DNA of 63,997 nt, filler included, from Perkinsus olseni (lineage: Eukaryota): the NCBI GenBank assembly GCA_013115125.1. It is 6 parts of 6 records of this genome, joined end to end, with 100 filler letters (N's around TTAATTAATTAA, not from the genome) between each part and the next. Parts side by side here need not be neighbours in the genome. Positions count along the whole stretch, not along the records: positions 11,053 to 21,978 come from JABANN010000851.1; positions 22,079 to 33,004 come from JABANN010000852.1; 4 more parts are not named here. One strand, written 5' to 3'. Under the pieces are notes generated by a model. That model ran no database searches, was not told where the DNA came from, and was given only the letters and a program-made list of their open reading frames with translations. The translations under genes and the position numbers were made by a program. This document shows positions 11,474 through 24,043 of this stretch, in pieces. Within the stretch, counting starts at the first letter, position 1, and each line of letters starts with the position of its first letter.

Positions 11474-12310
11474 TGCTATGCGCCAAGACGCCCCGTTTGA
11501 ACCCTCAGGCAATACTGACGGGTGAGTAGCCTATAGTATCACTGAATGGACTCGACACCCTCACAAAACTCCTCAGAAAATGATTTGTAAACTTGGATGA
11601 AACAACTTCACCTTTGCCGACGCGGACAGCAGGAAACTGTCTTATAGTGCGAGGTATGCTACAAGAGCGTAGGAAAAAGCGATAATCGTATATGACAACC
11701 ACGGATAACAGAAGTCACCAGGAAGGTGGGATACGCGAAGGTGGTTCATCGAACATCTCCGGTGCGTCTGGCAGTTTTGGCTGGTTTCTAATGTACCTTG
11801 AAGAAGGAGCAGTACAGGAACGCAGACCTCTCCCAGCCAGGCATACCGTCGATATTGTTGCAGTTGCGCCAGACGCCGCCGGGCCTCTATCCGTTGATCT
11901 CTCTCTGAAGTGCAACCTGAAGAGGCTGCTACTGCGCCAAGTCGACGCGACCAGGCTTCGCTCACCCTCTGACGCAAAGGTTACGGATTTTTTACTCGCC
12001 ACCGTGGAACCTGTACCGGGAGTTTTGTCACCACGTCTGTGTACAGCCGGGTGACGAGGATGGTCACGGCCATCGCCGCTGTATCGGTCATCGAACTCAT
12101 CGGGTATCGACTGTTGCGACCCGGTCCGGCTGTACCTAGGATTAATGAGCGACATCGGTAGGATTCTCGAGGGACGGTGATGGTGTTGAACGGGAATAAC
12201 CTTGGAAAACTAGGATTTTTTTTCTGACAAAGAATTGAACTCGAAGGCACTTCCGAGAAAGTCTGTATCGTAGATCACTTCCTTCGATAATGACACGGAT
12301 CCGAGGCCTT

Positions 12311-12378
12311 CACGCAGTACTGAACCCCGGGTCTCGCGGGTGTCGGCCTGCGGCTTTACCACTAGGCCAACTCAGTGG
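12311..12378 (-). pseudogene. Degenerate tRNA-like sequence (pseudo-tRNA or SINE head)
   Basis: A box TGGCCTAGTGG, anticodon-arm-like segment, GAGACCCGGGGTTCAG B-box-like segment; acceptor stem not restorable. Confidence 0.5.
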
Positions 12379-13389
12379 TAGCCATACACAGCGTAGTACT
12401 TGGGGCTACAGCACGGGACAGGGCAGCTGGTCCGGTTCCTCACCTCTGCCTGGGTGTTTGCGGTGCATGCAAGCTATCAGTGCTCTCTCCACTCCGCCTT
12501 CTGTCACCCGCCGGTTCCCGAGAGCCCCTCGGCGTCACCTCCTCCAGGAGATTGCCAGACGGCGTCCGTATGTATTTCCGATATCTGCTGAGACCCCGCC
12601 TATCGATACCAGCCCAACTGTCGTGAGATACCTGCGCAGTTCGTCCAGTCGCTGCTGTGCACCCGCTCTTCTCCTGGCCCGCGATTCATCTTCAACCGAT
12701 GCTCCAGAGCTAGAAAGATAGCCAGTAATAACCAATGCTAGCTACTGTCGCTCCTACTATTCAGAATACGTCGAACCCGCGCTGTCCCGTCGGGGCGGAT
12801 GGAAACCATCAGATTCCTGGAGAGGCACGCAATAGACGGCCTGTCGAACCTTCCCAAGCATACCTGTCTCCCGAGCAGTGGTTTCTCGACAGCCCAATCA
12901 TGGTCAGGGTAACTCGTCTGTCTCAGACTGGAGCTTCCCTGAGGCATCAACGGCTCTGCGGCCGACACTAACGATGACGAGTCCGTAACTAAAAAGAAGC
13001 AAGATCACCAGACGTCAGCTCAGCAGCTTCCTACATTTGCCCAAGCCTTTATTAAAACAACTGAGTCGACTGGCGAGCCTATCTCCGATACTCCGAGGGA
13101 CGATGAGCTCCATGTCCTGACGAAGCAGTGGTAGGGCCAGGGGGAAGTGCCTTACGCCAGGTGGCAGTGATCGTCGTATGCTCTTGCTCCGGATAATTCT
13201 ATCCGCGTGCGTCAGGTCTACGAGATGTTTACCCGTTACCATTCATATAATTTTATTCATATTCTATAGGCCACAAAAAGACGCATAAAAGTGCGAGCTA
13301 CCCAGTGTGATACAATCTTCGGCGGCCCCTCACACGGTCACACCGACAACAGCCGTGGACTGGGAGCAGAATGAACAATATTTCACCGT

Positions 13390-14570
13390 ATCTATAAGCT
13401 TACCACATCGTAGACGGGCCTGAAGGCCTCCACCTCCGAGTCCCTCAACAGTCGCAGCGGTACTTGCGTCTCGACCGTCTTCACGGTGCCTTTACATTTC
13501 CGCTGTCCATGTCGATTTACGTACCTACAAAACTCGGATGCACCCCACAGCTGGGTGAGGGCGAGCTGCGCAACTGAGCCGACTCCGGCCGATGTACATG
13601 ATATTATTATCCTTCGTCCATCGCATGCATATACTGCCCGTTGCAGCGCCAACCAGGGTGAGAGAGTATTCTAGGATCGACACGGTCGGGTCGAGTGGAT
13701 CAAAGGTCTCCAATATAACCATACCTGAGGAGGAATGGGAGATGCATGACGTAATGCTGCTCTGCTTTGAGGCAATTTTTCTCCAAAAATCCATTTTTTG
13801 AATTGGGATGGAATCCCCAACAATTGGCCCAGCAGTGCTTTCGCGTGATCGGTTATTCCAGCCGAGCCCGCCGAGAGAACTGCCCTCAAAGCAGCTGGGA
13901 GTCGTGGACTTGAAGATTGGTAAAGAAGACGTGAGAGTACTCGACAGATGGTGTGGCGATTCCAACCTCTTGGCAACGATGGAGTGGTGAGGAATCGTCT
14001 TCGCGGCATTACTCAAGAGCCAGCGTCCCTGCTGATGAGTTCTCATCAATGGAGCCCTGCTGAAGGCTGATGATAAAGAGTTGGTTTCCACCCTCTACTC
14101 GGGATACGACGATTTGTACTGGACACCCAAAAATGGGCGATCTGCGCACGCCACTCTGATATGCCTAAAGGCATGGGCCGCATCCAATTGGAAAATGGAC
14201 AGAGATCGTCCAGCCCGTTCCAGCGTCTTCAAGAGCAGAACCGATTGAACCGCGTTCGGGAGGGCCACAGACTCCTTTGCCACCAAGGATGCATTGAGGC
14301 CCGACCTAGCAGGTCGGATCTACGGTGATACTCGATGACGCGGGCCCCAGTGACCTCGCCCTGAGGCGAAACCTTGGGAGCCGCGCCCAAGTAACAGCAA
14401 TGACGAAGCTGCTCTTTGTCCACCTTATCGATGAACTCCATCGAAACTTCTTTGGCCAGAGTAGTTCAATCTTACGATAGCAGGGAATTGTCGAAATGAA
14501 GTCCCAGATCCGAGTGAACGGAGGCGGGCGCTCCGTGCCGCAGCACGATAGTGTGCCGGATGTCACCCAC
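13390..14570 (-). mobile_element. DIRS-like retrotransposon RT/RNase H, pseudogenised
   Basis: LGAAPKVSPQGEVTGARVIEYHRRS and QLDAAHAFRHIRVACADRPFLG resemble DIRS-type RT motifs; SSLGGLG and RRIIISC segments resemble RNase H; several frameshifts. Confidence 0.65.
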
Positions 14571-14994
14571 AGCTGCCATTACGGTGCTCCATATGGTGGG
14601 GCATAGAAAGATCCATAGTGTTAAGAGATCTCGCAGATAAAACGCAGATAGGTTCTCTTAGTGAACTCGGACAAATATCCTAGGTTCCAGACAAACATTG
14701 TTAAGATGATACGATAATGCGATAAGATGTGAGAAGATGATAGGATGATTATACTTCCAGTTGAACTGTGCACGCGTGGAACTCCCTCCCTTGCCTGGGT
14801 TACAACAACCAAGCTATTAATATTAGTAGCAACAGCCTTGCCAAGGTTATTTTCTCTTGAGCAGAGCCCCTCAATGAGAGGCTCTTACATGCAAACCCGG
14901 TACGGAAAAGTCTAACCCTTCCGCTCTTCTCCTTCACTGTGCCCTAGCTTAGCTCTGTTGCTGCTACAAAGCTTAGCCTGCAGGTTTTCGAGTG

Positions 14995-15186
14995 ATTGGG
15001 GGGGTCGGTTGGGGGGGTGAACCGGGGGAGACACGAGGACGACGCAAACACCCCCCACCCGGGGAGGGGGCCAGCGAGCGCGGGCGGAAGNNNNNNNNNC
15101 CCCCCCCCCCCCCCCCCCCCCCCCGGGGGCGCGGGGGGGGGGGGGGGGCGGGGGGGGGGGGGGTGTGTTTCCCTTTTTTGTTTCCC

Positions 15187-15229
<43 letters not shown>

Positions 15230-15230
15230 A
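14995..15230. other. Low-quality poly-G/poly-C sequence around an internal gap
   Basis: Long G and C homopolymers flank N9 at 15091-15099. Confidence 0.85.
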
Positions 15231-18200
15231 AAACCGCCAGTGACCGTTTCAGCTGCCATGCAGATGGTATCTAGCGGTTTCCGTCACTTCAAGTGATCCA
15301 CTCGTATGAAATGCTGCTATAGGAGGGCCTGATGGTTCTGGGTTCCGCCATTGATGGTCATTGGTCTAATAGACCCCGCAATGCAAAAAATGGCTACAGT
15401 ACCCGCCATTTAAAGACTGTATTCACTTTGGCGGGGCTCACACACTCAATTTTACGACTCAGGAGCTGAAATTTCGGATATATAGGTTTTACAGTACCAT
15501 TCAGTTGTCATTCTTGCAGGCGCGAGTGAGGACCACTTGAACGAGGAAAAACTCCATCGCCAGTTCTGGGTCAGAACGTGACCGCCTACGTGATTTCTCG
15601 AGGGTCTGCTGTATGTAGGAGCAAATCTCCCATAAACAGTAGTTTATAGACGTCAACTTGCATACCTGGATAGAAAAAAGCATCGGCGTACAGCGGAGCG
15701 ACGCGGAGTACTCCAAATGAGCGATAGGCCTACCCAGTAGATGAGTGTGATCTCGTTGGCCAAATCACAGTGTGGGACGAGCCCTGAACGTTCCAGCTCA
15801 CGAAGCCGTGCACGGAAGGCCAACTCGAAGTGGTCGAACCACGCCTAACAACGGTCCGTCGTCTTCCCAGCATCAAGCCAGAGCTGCCTTCATCGATCAG
15901 CGTATCACAGAAGGGTTCCGCTGGGTACAGCCGAACGAGAAGGGAACTTATGGACGGTGGGACCCTCACATCACCTCCTTGCCATAACCCCTGGTCCGCC
16001 ATCTTGTCGGCTTGCCGTTGATCCGAAGCTCGCCCACCCTCAGTAGATCCGCGTACGTGTCTGAATGCATTACAGGCCTTCAATACCGCACATAATGATT
16101 TTAGAGAATTCAAATGCGGCGAATTTCGATACCCATGCCCTCCAAAAAGAGCGGGCCCGACCCGCACGGTGCAGGCGTATCCGGGTCTAAGCACAGACTG
16201 CACAGTACAGCAAGGGCTCAGCAAACAGGTCCCAGAGCGGACGAAAATCGATCCAATATTGACGAACACTCCATCTTACTCAGTATCTCTCTGCGGCACT
16301 CAGCACGATAAGCCACCTCCCCCTGTGTTCTGTTCTTGGCGTTTCGAAGACTGCTAACGGTAAGCACTGACGAGTGGCGACCATCACGAGCGGGGACGCG
16401 GCAGATCACCGGCCTGACCAAGAGACGTCCGGTGCTTGCATTGGTGGCGGGTTGGAGTTCAACAGGACCGGACAACACGGATTGTAATGGAAGGCCAGGA
16501 CGCGCCTTCTCGAACGCAATTCCCACACTGCCCACAGAGCACGCCAGCGAACATGAGCGTTTCAGAGAGCATTTGCCTTCGATAAAGAGGGTATGAAAAC
16601 CACAGGTTTGACACACATGACCTCCTCAAGGAACGACTATGGCTTGAGCCACTGCAGGGACATACAATAACAACCCTGATTCAGGGATGTTATGGTATGT
16701 CGCTGCTGTTCCTAAATCGGTAATCATGATTGCTTCGCTACTGCCACCAGAGTCCCCATCGACCCCACCAACTGTGGATAAGCCCACCTGCTTTCCGCCT
16801 CGACCATCGAACCCTCTTCACTGCTACTACTGTATCTCAAACTTCGGCTCTCGTCATCATCATCGCTGTACACACTCTCAGCGATGCTCTCTCGATACCG
16901 TGAGTTCAACTGACGATGACAGCCGCATCAGCACTCCCCAGCTCTTTAATCTCGAAAAGAGACCCAAACGACCCAATCTAAGACCCGAACATCCTCGCAA
17001 TCTGCGCAATGAACGGCTTATCAGCTATCGATCGAAGACGAACGAACTCGTGCGCTTCAGTAGACAAATAAACAGTCCCAAGAGGAATATTATTTCTGTG
17101 GCCATACATTTATAAACTATTTTTATTTCCATACAGAGAGGGCTCCCGTTCGACCGATTTCCACTATCTCGTCAAATCGCGTGACATCAAAAGTTTAGCA
17201 AGCCCCGTACTGCGAGGAATGAGCAGCCCTTCGACTGATGATGACGGCATCACCATGATTTCATCGGAACGGCAAAATCTTCTTGAGCTCATCCGCGCAC
17301 GCCAGATACTCCAATCACCTTCCTACGAGCCTCAACGGCTCTGCCGCCAGTCGATCTGATCACCTCAGTATCCTCTCTTTCGCGTCGGTAGCGCTCGCCA
17401 TTCTGATCGATCGGCCTCCTGCTGTCCTTCTCTTCGCGAACAATAACCGGGCCATTCCGATTCATGTCGAGGAAGGCCTTCGTGAAGAAGAACTCCCTCT
17501 GTGGGAGCGTGTCTATATCAGAAACTATGAAACTACTGAGCATAGCAGCTTAAAGAAATAACGTTAGAACGTCCACTTCTACTTCAACAATTTTGAGCGT
17601 CAAAATTTTTACGAAGCTTCTGCCTATCAACAAATCGACCAACCCTTGCCGTAGACCCTTTGCCCGAGGAACACCTGTTGCATGCCCATAACAGCGGGCA
17701 CCAACCGATAGGCGAATCTAGAGCACGGATCCTGGGAAGAAAACGCTGATCTTAGTCACATTAAGAAATTCGTATACATTAGTTTTTGCCGGCGAATTGC
17801 CAGCGGATAGCAGAGCCACGTCCGAGATAGACAACTAGAAATAGTAGTTTTTACTATACTGCACTGAACCCGACCCAGGACCCTCCTTCTCAAACTTCCG
17901 ACACAAGCCCACTGGAGAGGTGTAGGAAAAGTAGACCCAATCCAACGTAAGAACAATCCACAGGTAAAAATATAACAACACTCATTTCTTTGCAAAATCT
18001 CAGTTACTCCATTGGTCTACGCTGGTACATCCGCCGCTGCCGGTCAGTGGCATCGCAACCTGCCGCTGCAGCCGCCTGAAAATAAGAGTATTTAGTTCTC
18101 CGTGGGGAATTAGAGGGAACGCCGTGGAACCTTTCGTATTAGGTGCGAAGAGTCGCCGCCGTTGATTCGCCTGTACTGTCCACGTACTATCGGAACTACG

Positions 18201-19481
18201 GAAATCGATCTACACGTCAATCATTAGCGACAGAGATACCATAGAGAACTACGTCAGGATGATAATCTCACGAAGATGGTTTACCGCAGTTTTTCAGTTT
18301 CACTGAAACCTACAAGTTCAACCACCATACGAATGAGTTACCCCACACAACGCCCCATGGATCTTAATCGCCCGAAATCCGGCCGAACCAGCAGCTGCTG
18401 CTGGTAAGAGAAAGATGCGAAAAAGCAATCGAACTCGGCATCACTGGCTCCCCAAGTGAATCTACGAATGAGCCGAAAACCGCCACTATTCTACCCAGGA
18501 GTTTTAAACGGGCCGGCCATCCCCCACTTGTTGCTGCTGCACTTGGCCGTTGCGTTTCCTTATCGTATCCTTAACCAGGCGCACCCACTCCCTGGTCCTC
18601 AGGCTAGCATGAGCGGTTATCAATACGACGATGATACTGCAGTAAAGAGGACTTGATGACAGTAACGTCAAGAACTGGTACCACAGTAGAATGTGTATCA
18701 CAAGAAACTGAAAAAGGGCGAAAAATTCCGCTTTTGTGAGATCTTCGCCCACTTACTGCCCACAGAGAGTAATACGCCAGGTCCGCATCATGGGCCGGGT
18801 TACGACTATCGTGGTAAGGTACAGCGAGAGCCTGAGAGCTCACGAGTTGATCCGGGGGCTGGAGGTCAAGACACCCCGCCCATTACCAGCACTTGGGCTA
18901 TAGCGAGTAAGTTCATGAAGAACCCCCCTGCTGTGAAAGACGCTAGGAAGGCTACCACGCCGTAGGCCAGAAGGACGTAGTTCCATCTGAAGAAGCGCAC
19001 AGCAATCACTCGGGTCAACTATCATTTCCCATCGATAAACCGGACATAAACGAGACGATCGGCGAATTAAACACTCCGAAGACACGAACGTCGAACACGT
19101 TGTCAAAGCCTGGACGGCGATCGCCTCTGATTGCTCTCCTGAGACCCCGGAAAAGCGTCTTGCCAGAGACGCTCATATACCCCATACTAGTACTGTTAAG
19201 ACGGCCACTGGTTAACAAGACCACTATTAATATTTAGTCCCCTTGACGGCGTTCAATAGGATATTAATATATTAAATTATACGTACTATTGACTACTCCT
19301 TAGACAGAATGAGTAAATAATACTATAAAACATTATACTAGGTCTTCGAGACGAAGGGGCGGAGCTCGCGGCATGTGTGCACCGTGAATCACCCAGTGTG
19401 CGGTATCCCCTTGTTCATTCGAAAACTTTGAGGAAACGCATTAGCGAGATTTGTTGAATACTGGCAAGTTACAACGTCCCC

Positions 19482-19507
19482 GGTTCGAATCCCACGGATG
19501 TCATTTT
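19482..19507 (+). pseudogene. tRNA 3' fragment with Pol III terminator
   Basis: GGTTCGAATCCCACGGATGTCA followed by TTTT; 5' half absent. Confidence 0.5.
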
Positions 19508-20998
19508 CGTGGGATAATATTATATTAAATCATAATATTACATGGATTGCCCTCTATTAAGATATATAATATGGATAAAACCTATCATAAACTATATAAT
19601 AAGATATCTATATATTAATACATAATCCCCTCGGAAAGGTAGAGAGAGGGACAGTGACAGTATCAGCAGGACCCGCAATCTACCCGTATTGAATCATGTT
19701 CGACTCGAAGCGGTCGCTGAGGTGGTCGGGCCATCTGAACTGCCCTAAAATGTGAGGAGAAATTCGGAAAGGTACTTCCAAAGGGGCAAAGATACCAGGT
19801 ATTTGGGGAAGACTAGGGTCAACCTCCGATACGCCGCGCATCATGGGCCCTCACTAAAGAAATCTTCCTATCTGCGAAAGCCTAGGAGCGACCTCGGATA
19901 CGCCCCGCACAGTAAATAAAGCCGTTCATTTCCCGTAGCGTCGATAATATAACCAATCCCATCAGGGGCCCTCACTACTACCGAAAAAATCGTCCCAACT
20001 TTGGAGGCGTATCAACCCTAGGGGGTTCATGCCGACTATCTTCCTCTGACTCTCAACGTGGTCCATCAGTACTGTGGGGTTGTGGCGATTCGGTCCGTTT
20101 AATAGTACCTAAGAAGAAGAAAGATTCTTCCGGCTGCGCAGGATACTCGATCAAGGACCAAGTCGACGACGACACTTTCACGGAACTCGAAGATACTAGC
20201 GAAGTGAGGGGATTCCAAAAATCCAAGAGAGAAGTACAAACTTCAAGGAAGCATCTTCAGGGATCTGATTGCGCTGGGTAGGAGCTCGTGTGACTAGTTG
20301 CCCTGGGGTTTTTTTGAGTGGCAACGGAACCATACAAGTCAGATATGGTAGATTATCCGGGTCACACGGAAAACGTTTCGTCAACAGCCTTAACGAGCCA
20401 GAAAGAGAAACAGCGCCCGCAGGTCATAGTAGGTATTATAGAAATGCTCGTTTATTGCGGTGCGGTAGTCAGAAGGTCGCCCTGGGTAACAGTCGTGGGA
20501 GCACCAGCTTTCCAGGAATTTTTCTGTTGCTTTCTAATGACTGTCGCGCAAGGTTCTTTTGATTTTGGCCTTCACTCAGCGAAGAGAGATCACCACGATG
20601 CGCTATTCCGTATCCAGCCAGCATCAACCTAAGATACCATTGAGTACCTCTATCGTCCTCCAGCCAGCAAGGTAATCACCAATGAAGGAAAGGCTGCTCT
20701 CAGTGGTCTGTCGGCTGGCCGTCCTTCCGTAGGCAGCAGCCCGGGGGTTGCCATTGCCACCATTCACGTACTGCAAGGGCGTGCCGTTCTTCACGGCCTC
20801 TTGGAACTTACGGAAGAACTGGGAAACCATGGAGGGAATATCAAGATGACCTGCGTTCGACCTCAATCGTATCTTCCAAGGTCAACCTAGGATACCAGCC
20901 TAAGATTCCACGAAGAGAAACGACTGAAAAACGCAAGTTGCATAATTGAGAATCGCGCGCGCCCCGGTAATCGATAAATCCTCGAATTCCTTGCAAGC

Positions 20999-21978
20999 TG
21001 TAACCAGATAACCACAAGGACTCGGACTCAACGCTAGATGCGGAGAATGGATGAGATTATAGCAATAGTGGATACTGATATACGGACGGAGACAGCCAAG
21101 ATAGCTAGTACACAATCTTGCGTACTTGCCGTAGCTCAACGATGGCAGCGCCGTGACGGCGTCGCTGCGTCACAATTGCGCAGACAGAGTCAGGGACTGA
21201 ATTCTCCGCGCGGCAAAACAAGTAGGTTGATATAATTAATTGAGAGACGACATCTCAGATATACGAAAATTGCAATCATCACGACACTCTTCCATATCAG
21301 CAGCGATCGACAGCCTGACGATACGGACCAAGAAGTAGTCGCCATGCCAGTCATCTCGGTGGAGGAGGTAGTACCACGAAGGGTGGGAAGTTGTCCAAGG
21401 ACCACTCGTACGGCTTCAGGGAAACGAGCGGTTCATCCTCCGAGGTGGAAGACCGGGTTGGGGGTGAGCTCGAGCTGCTAGATCCTTCTTTATCACCGTC
21501 GAGGGAGTCCTGGAAATGTTCGGACGATTCCTCAGTCGACGACGACGGCGTCGACGCTGGATGAGAAGAGGATACGTCATCCTTCGGCACACGGATCAGA
21601 TTGGACACCCAAGCTCGTGAGCTGCTGCCATTAAACCCTGATAGCACTGCAGTGGCCTTACCGCTCTCGATCTCAGTAACCGTAAAGGGACCCAAGACTC
21701 GTGACGACAATTTGGCCTTCGGCGAGTCTACCAGATGATAAACCAGATCGCCCTTTTTGAGGTCGCACGGCCTGCCGTGTGCTGACAATACGCGAGCTCG
21801 GGAGCGTTCCCTGTAGGCCGTCCAATGGCGGAAGTAGTCTACCATGCGGAGCTTGTAGTTGGACTGTGCTTGTTCTCGCTGTCGTTGGACTGCACTACGG
21901 CTCTCGGTGGGCCCCCACAGGGACAAAACAATCCGAGCGCGGGGGAGGGGACCCCGCGCGTTTGTGCAAATTTCGTGC
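20999..21978 (-). mobile_element. Gypsy LTR retrotransposon 3' end (integrase GPY/F region, candidate 3' LTR 21286-20999)
   Basis: LKKGDLVYHL..KAKLSSRVLGPFTVTEI in ORF 21351-21926; short purine run GGAAGAG then TGTCGTG...GGTTACA; the LTR limits are tentative. Confidence 0.65.
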
Positions 21979-22078
21979 NNNNNNNNNNNNNNNNNNNNNN
22001 NNNNNNNNNNNNNNNNNNNNNNTTAATTAATTAANNNNNNNNNNNNNNNNNNNNNNNNNNNNNNNNNNNNNNNNNNNN
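21979..22078. other. Artificial contig spacer
   Basis: N44 + TTAATTAATTAA + N44. Confidence 0.99.
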
Positions 22079-22610
22079 GCGTTGGAAGATTGCGTCGCGG
22101 AGAACAGGTAGAAGAGCAACTAAACTATCAGGCTGAGAGTTTGTGAGAAGGCCGAGTTGCTCGGGGCCCCGAGACGCGGATATTTTTTATATTCTCTGAT
22201 AGAGAGTTCCGACCGAAATTGGACTTCACCGCTTACAGAAATATTTCTTGTCTTTTGCTTGTCATTGCTGCGTAGTCAATCGTTATTATTAACAGAACTT
22301 CTCACCCTGGGTGACTCACCCACGAGAGGCACCCTAGGCCATAGTGCAGCGATTCCTGCTGTGGACCCCCATATTAAAATGAACTTCTCATCGGCCTTCG
22401 CAAGGCTCAACTTACTCGCTTGGCCTTCGCTGGGAGAACGGCCTCACTCCAGGCTGAATACGCTTCTGAGTGGTATAGGCACCTGCTCCGGAATAGGTTC
22501 GTTTAGTTTGGAGACGAAGACAAAAGCAAAATCGGGTGAGCGAACCGGGAGCTTTGTGCAGGCTAGTTGGTTAAATGCTCTAACAGCCTCTCTGTCTATG
22601 TCATAGACTC
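22079..22610 (+). repeat. Degenerate coding repeat (probable retroelement), copy A
   Basis: Aligns with the reverse complement of the other end of this contig (ELLGAPRRGYFL vs ELLGTPRRGYFF). Confidence 0.7.
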
Positions 22611-24043
22611 TATGGAGTATAGTAGCTGTCCGTGGCAGTTGATTTCAATTTCAACCCTCCCCGCCCATTCCTGCGTTGGAAGCTCTGGGCGGGTTTGACG
22701 TCGCCCGGGTCTCACGGCCCGTGAGTCACGGGTTCATCATGCCCTAGTAAGCTTCGCATGCCTGCTGCTACAAGTTGCAGGCGGGGTACTGGTTGAAGCA
22801 CAATATGCCTGCCCTGAAGCTTGCTATGGTCTACGATGACGCCGATGCTGTGTACCCAAACTTCTAAGGTGTGGTGGAGTCCCACAAGCTACTAGGGAAC
22901 TCCATGGTTATTTCACTTGACCCGAAGCTAGCGTGTGATTGGTTGTCATCTACTCGTCTAAATCGCTTTCTCTCCGGGAGAGCGGGACGAGGATGATGAC
23001 GTCGGCCAACGGGAAGCGGTGAGATCTGACGACGTCATCACGGACCAGGTCAGTGCCATCTACTGTTGGCTTCTCCACCATACGTATGGAGAGCGGTAGA
23101 CGTATCTAGGCACCTCCCGCGAAGAAAGAGGAGAGAGGAAGTGCGAGGTAGCTGACACTCAATCAATCGCTTGGTTGGGCACTCTTACAAGGCGCAGCGA
23201 AGATTTGTGATTCAATTCACACGCGACGGTGAGACGGCGCTATGGTAAGATTGCACGACTTTCGCTGCCTGGACGCAGACGCTGCGCCACACCGCCTAGA
23301 AATCTACCCGGCAGCGATCCACCGTAAGGAGGATCAGCGGGAGTGAAATCCCTCCCGCAGAGGTCTAGCGTTCGCATAGGGTGTCTTCGAGGCTTAAAGC
23401 CCGCGTGAAGAAGGTGTTTCAAGCTATAGCTAAGTTAGCTCTCTCCAGTTGAAAAGGAGAAGACAATACATCAAGTGTATGTAATTGGCTGATGGACGCT
23501 CGACCCAGCACTCCGCTCCCTGAATGTGGAGGTAGGGGCCACAATTTGTTGACTCAGTCCTGATTGGACACGTAGTCTGGCAATTTCTGTGGTGCCCTAC
23601 TGAATAATGCCTGAAGGTCCCCACTCCCTGTCTAAGATGGGAGGTTATCAAGTATAGCGGTTATATTTCACCGACTCTGTCAGTCACTATTCACACTCCC
23701 CGCCTCTGCATCATGGGGATTTCATGGACTCCCTGCGATTCGCTCATCTACTCGAGTTGCACAACGAGTTGTTAGCATTAGCATTAGCTCACGATAGCGA
23801 GGTGTCTTACACCACTTTTTGCCGAGTAGCGGCTACTCTAACTACATATGCAGATTCTGCATTGCAGAAGGCCTCACCGTCCTATCGTCATTGCGCCCGA
23901 CGAAGAGCGATACCCAAGGTATGCTGGAGCTGATCCCATCGACTACTGTGAACGCAATCCGATTGAGCAATATCGAACACGATTTAAGTGACGATAAAGA
24001 ATGATTTTCAAATGGGAGGTGCCGAGAGCAACACTCCAAAAAC

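Noticed and set aside
12450-13250. Tyrosine recombinase expected downstream of the DIRS-like RT
   Set aside because: The position fits, but the catalytic R-H-R-Y residues could not be identified
14912-15274. Poly-Gly/poly-Pro ORFs and G-quadruplex-like tracts (also 43845-43972)
   Set aside because: Homopolymer runs beside gaps, typical of sequencing artefacts
15382-15400. Partial spliced-leader-like match on the minus strand (ACTGTAGCCATTTT)
   Set aside because: Short, mismatched and lacking the GGCTCAAG end
22620-24000. Possible spliced plus-strand gene
   Set aside because: Exon-like pieces contain stops and no recognisable domain; no consistent model could be built
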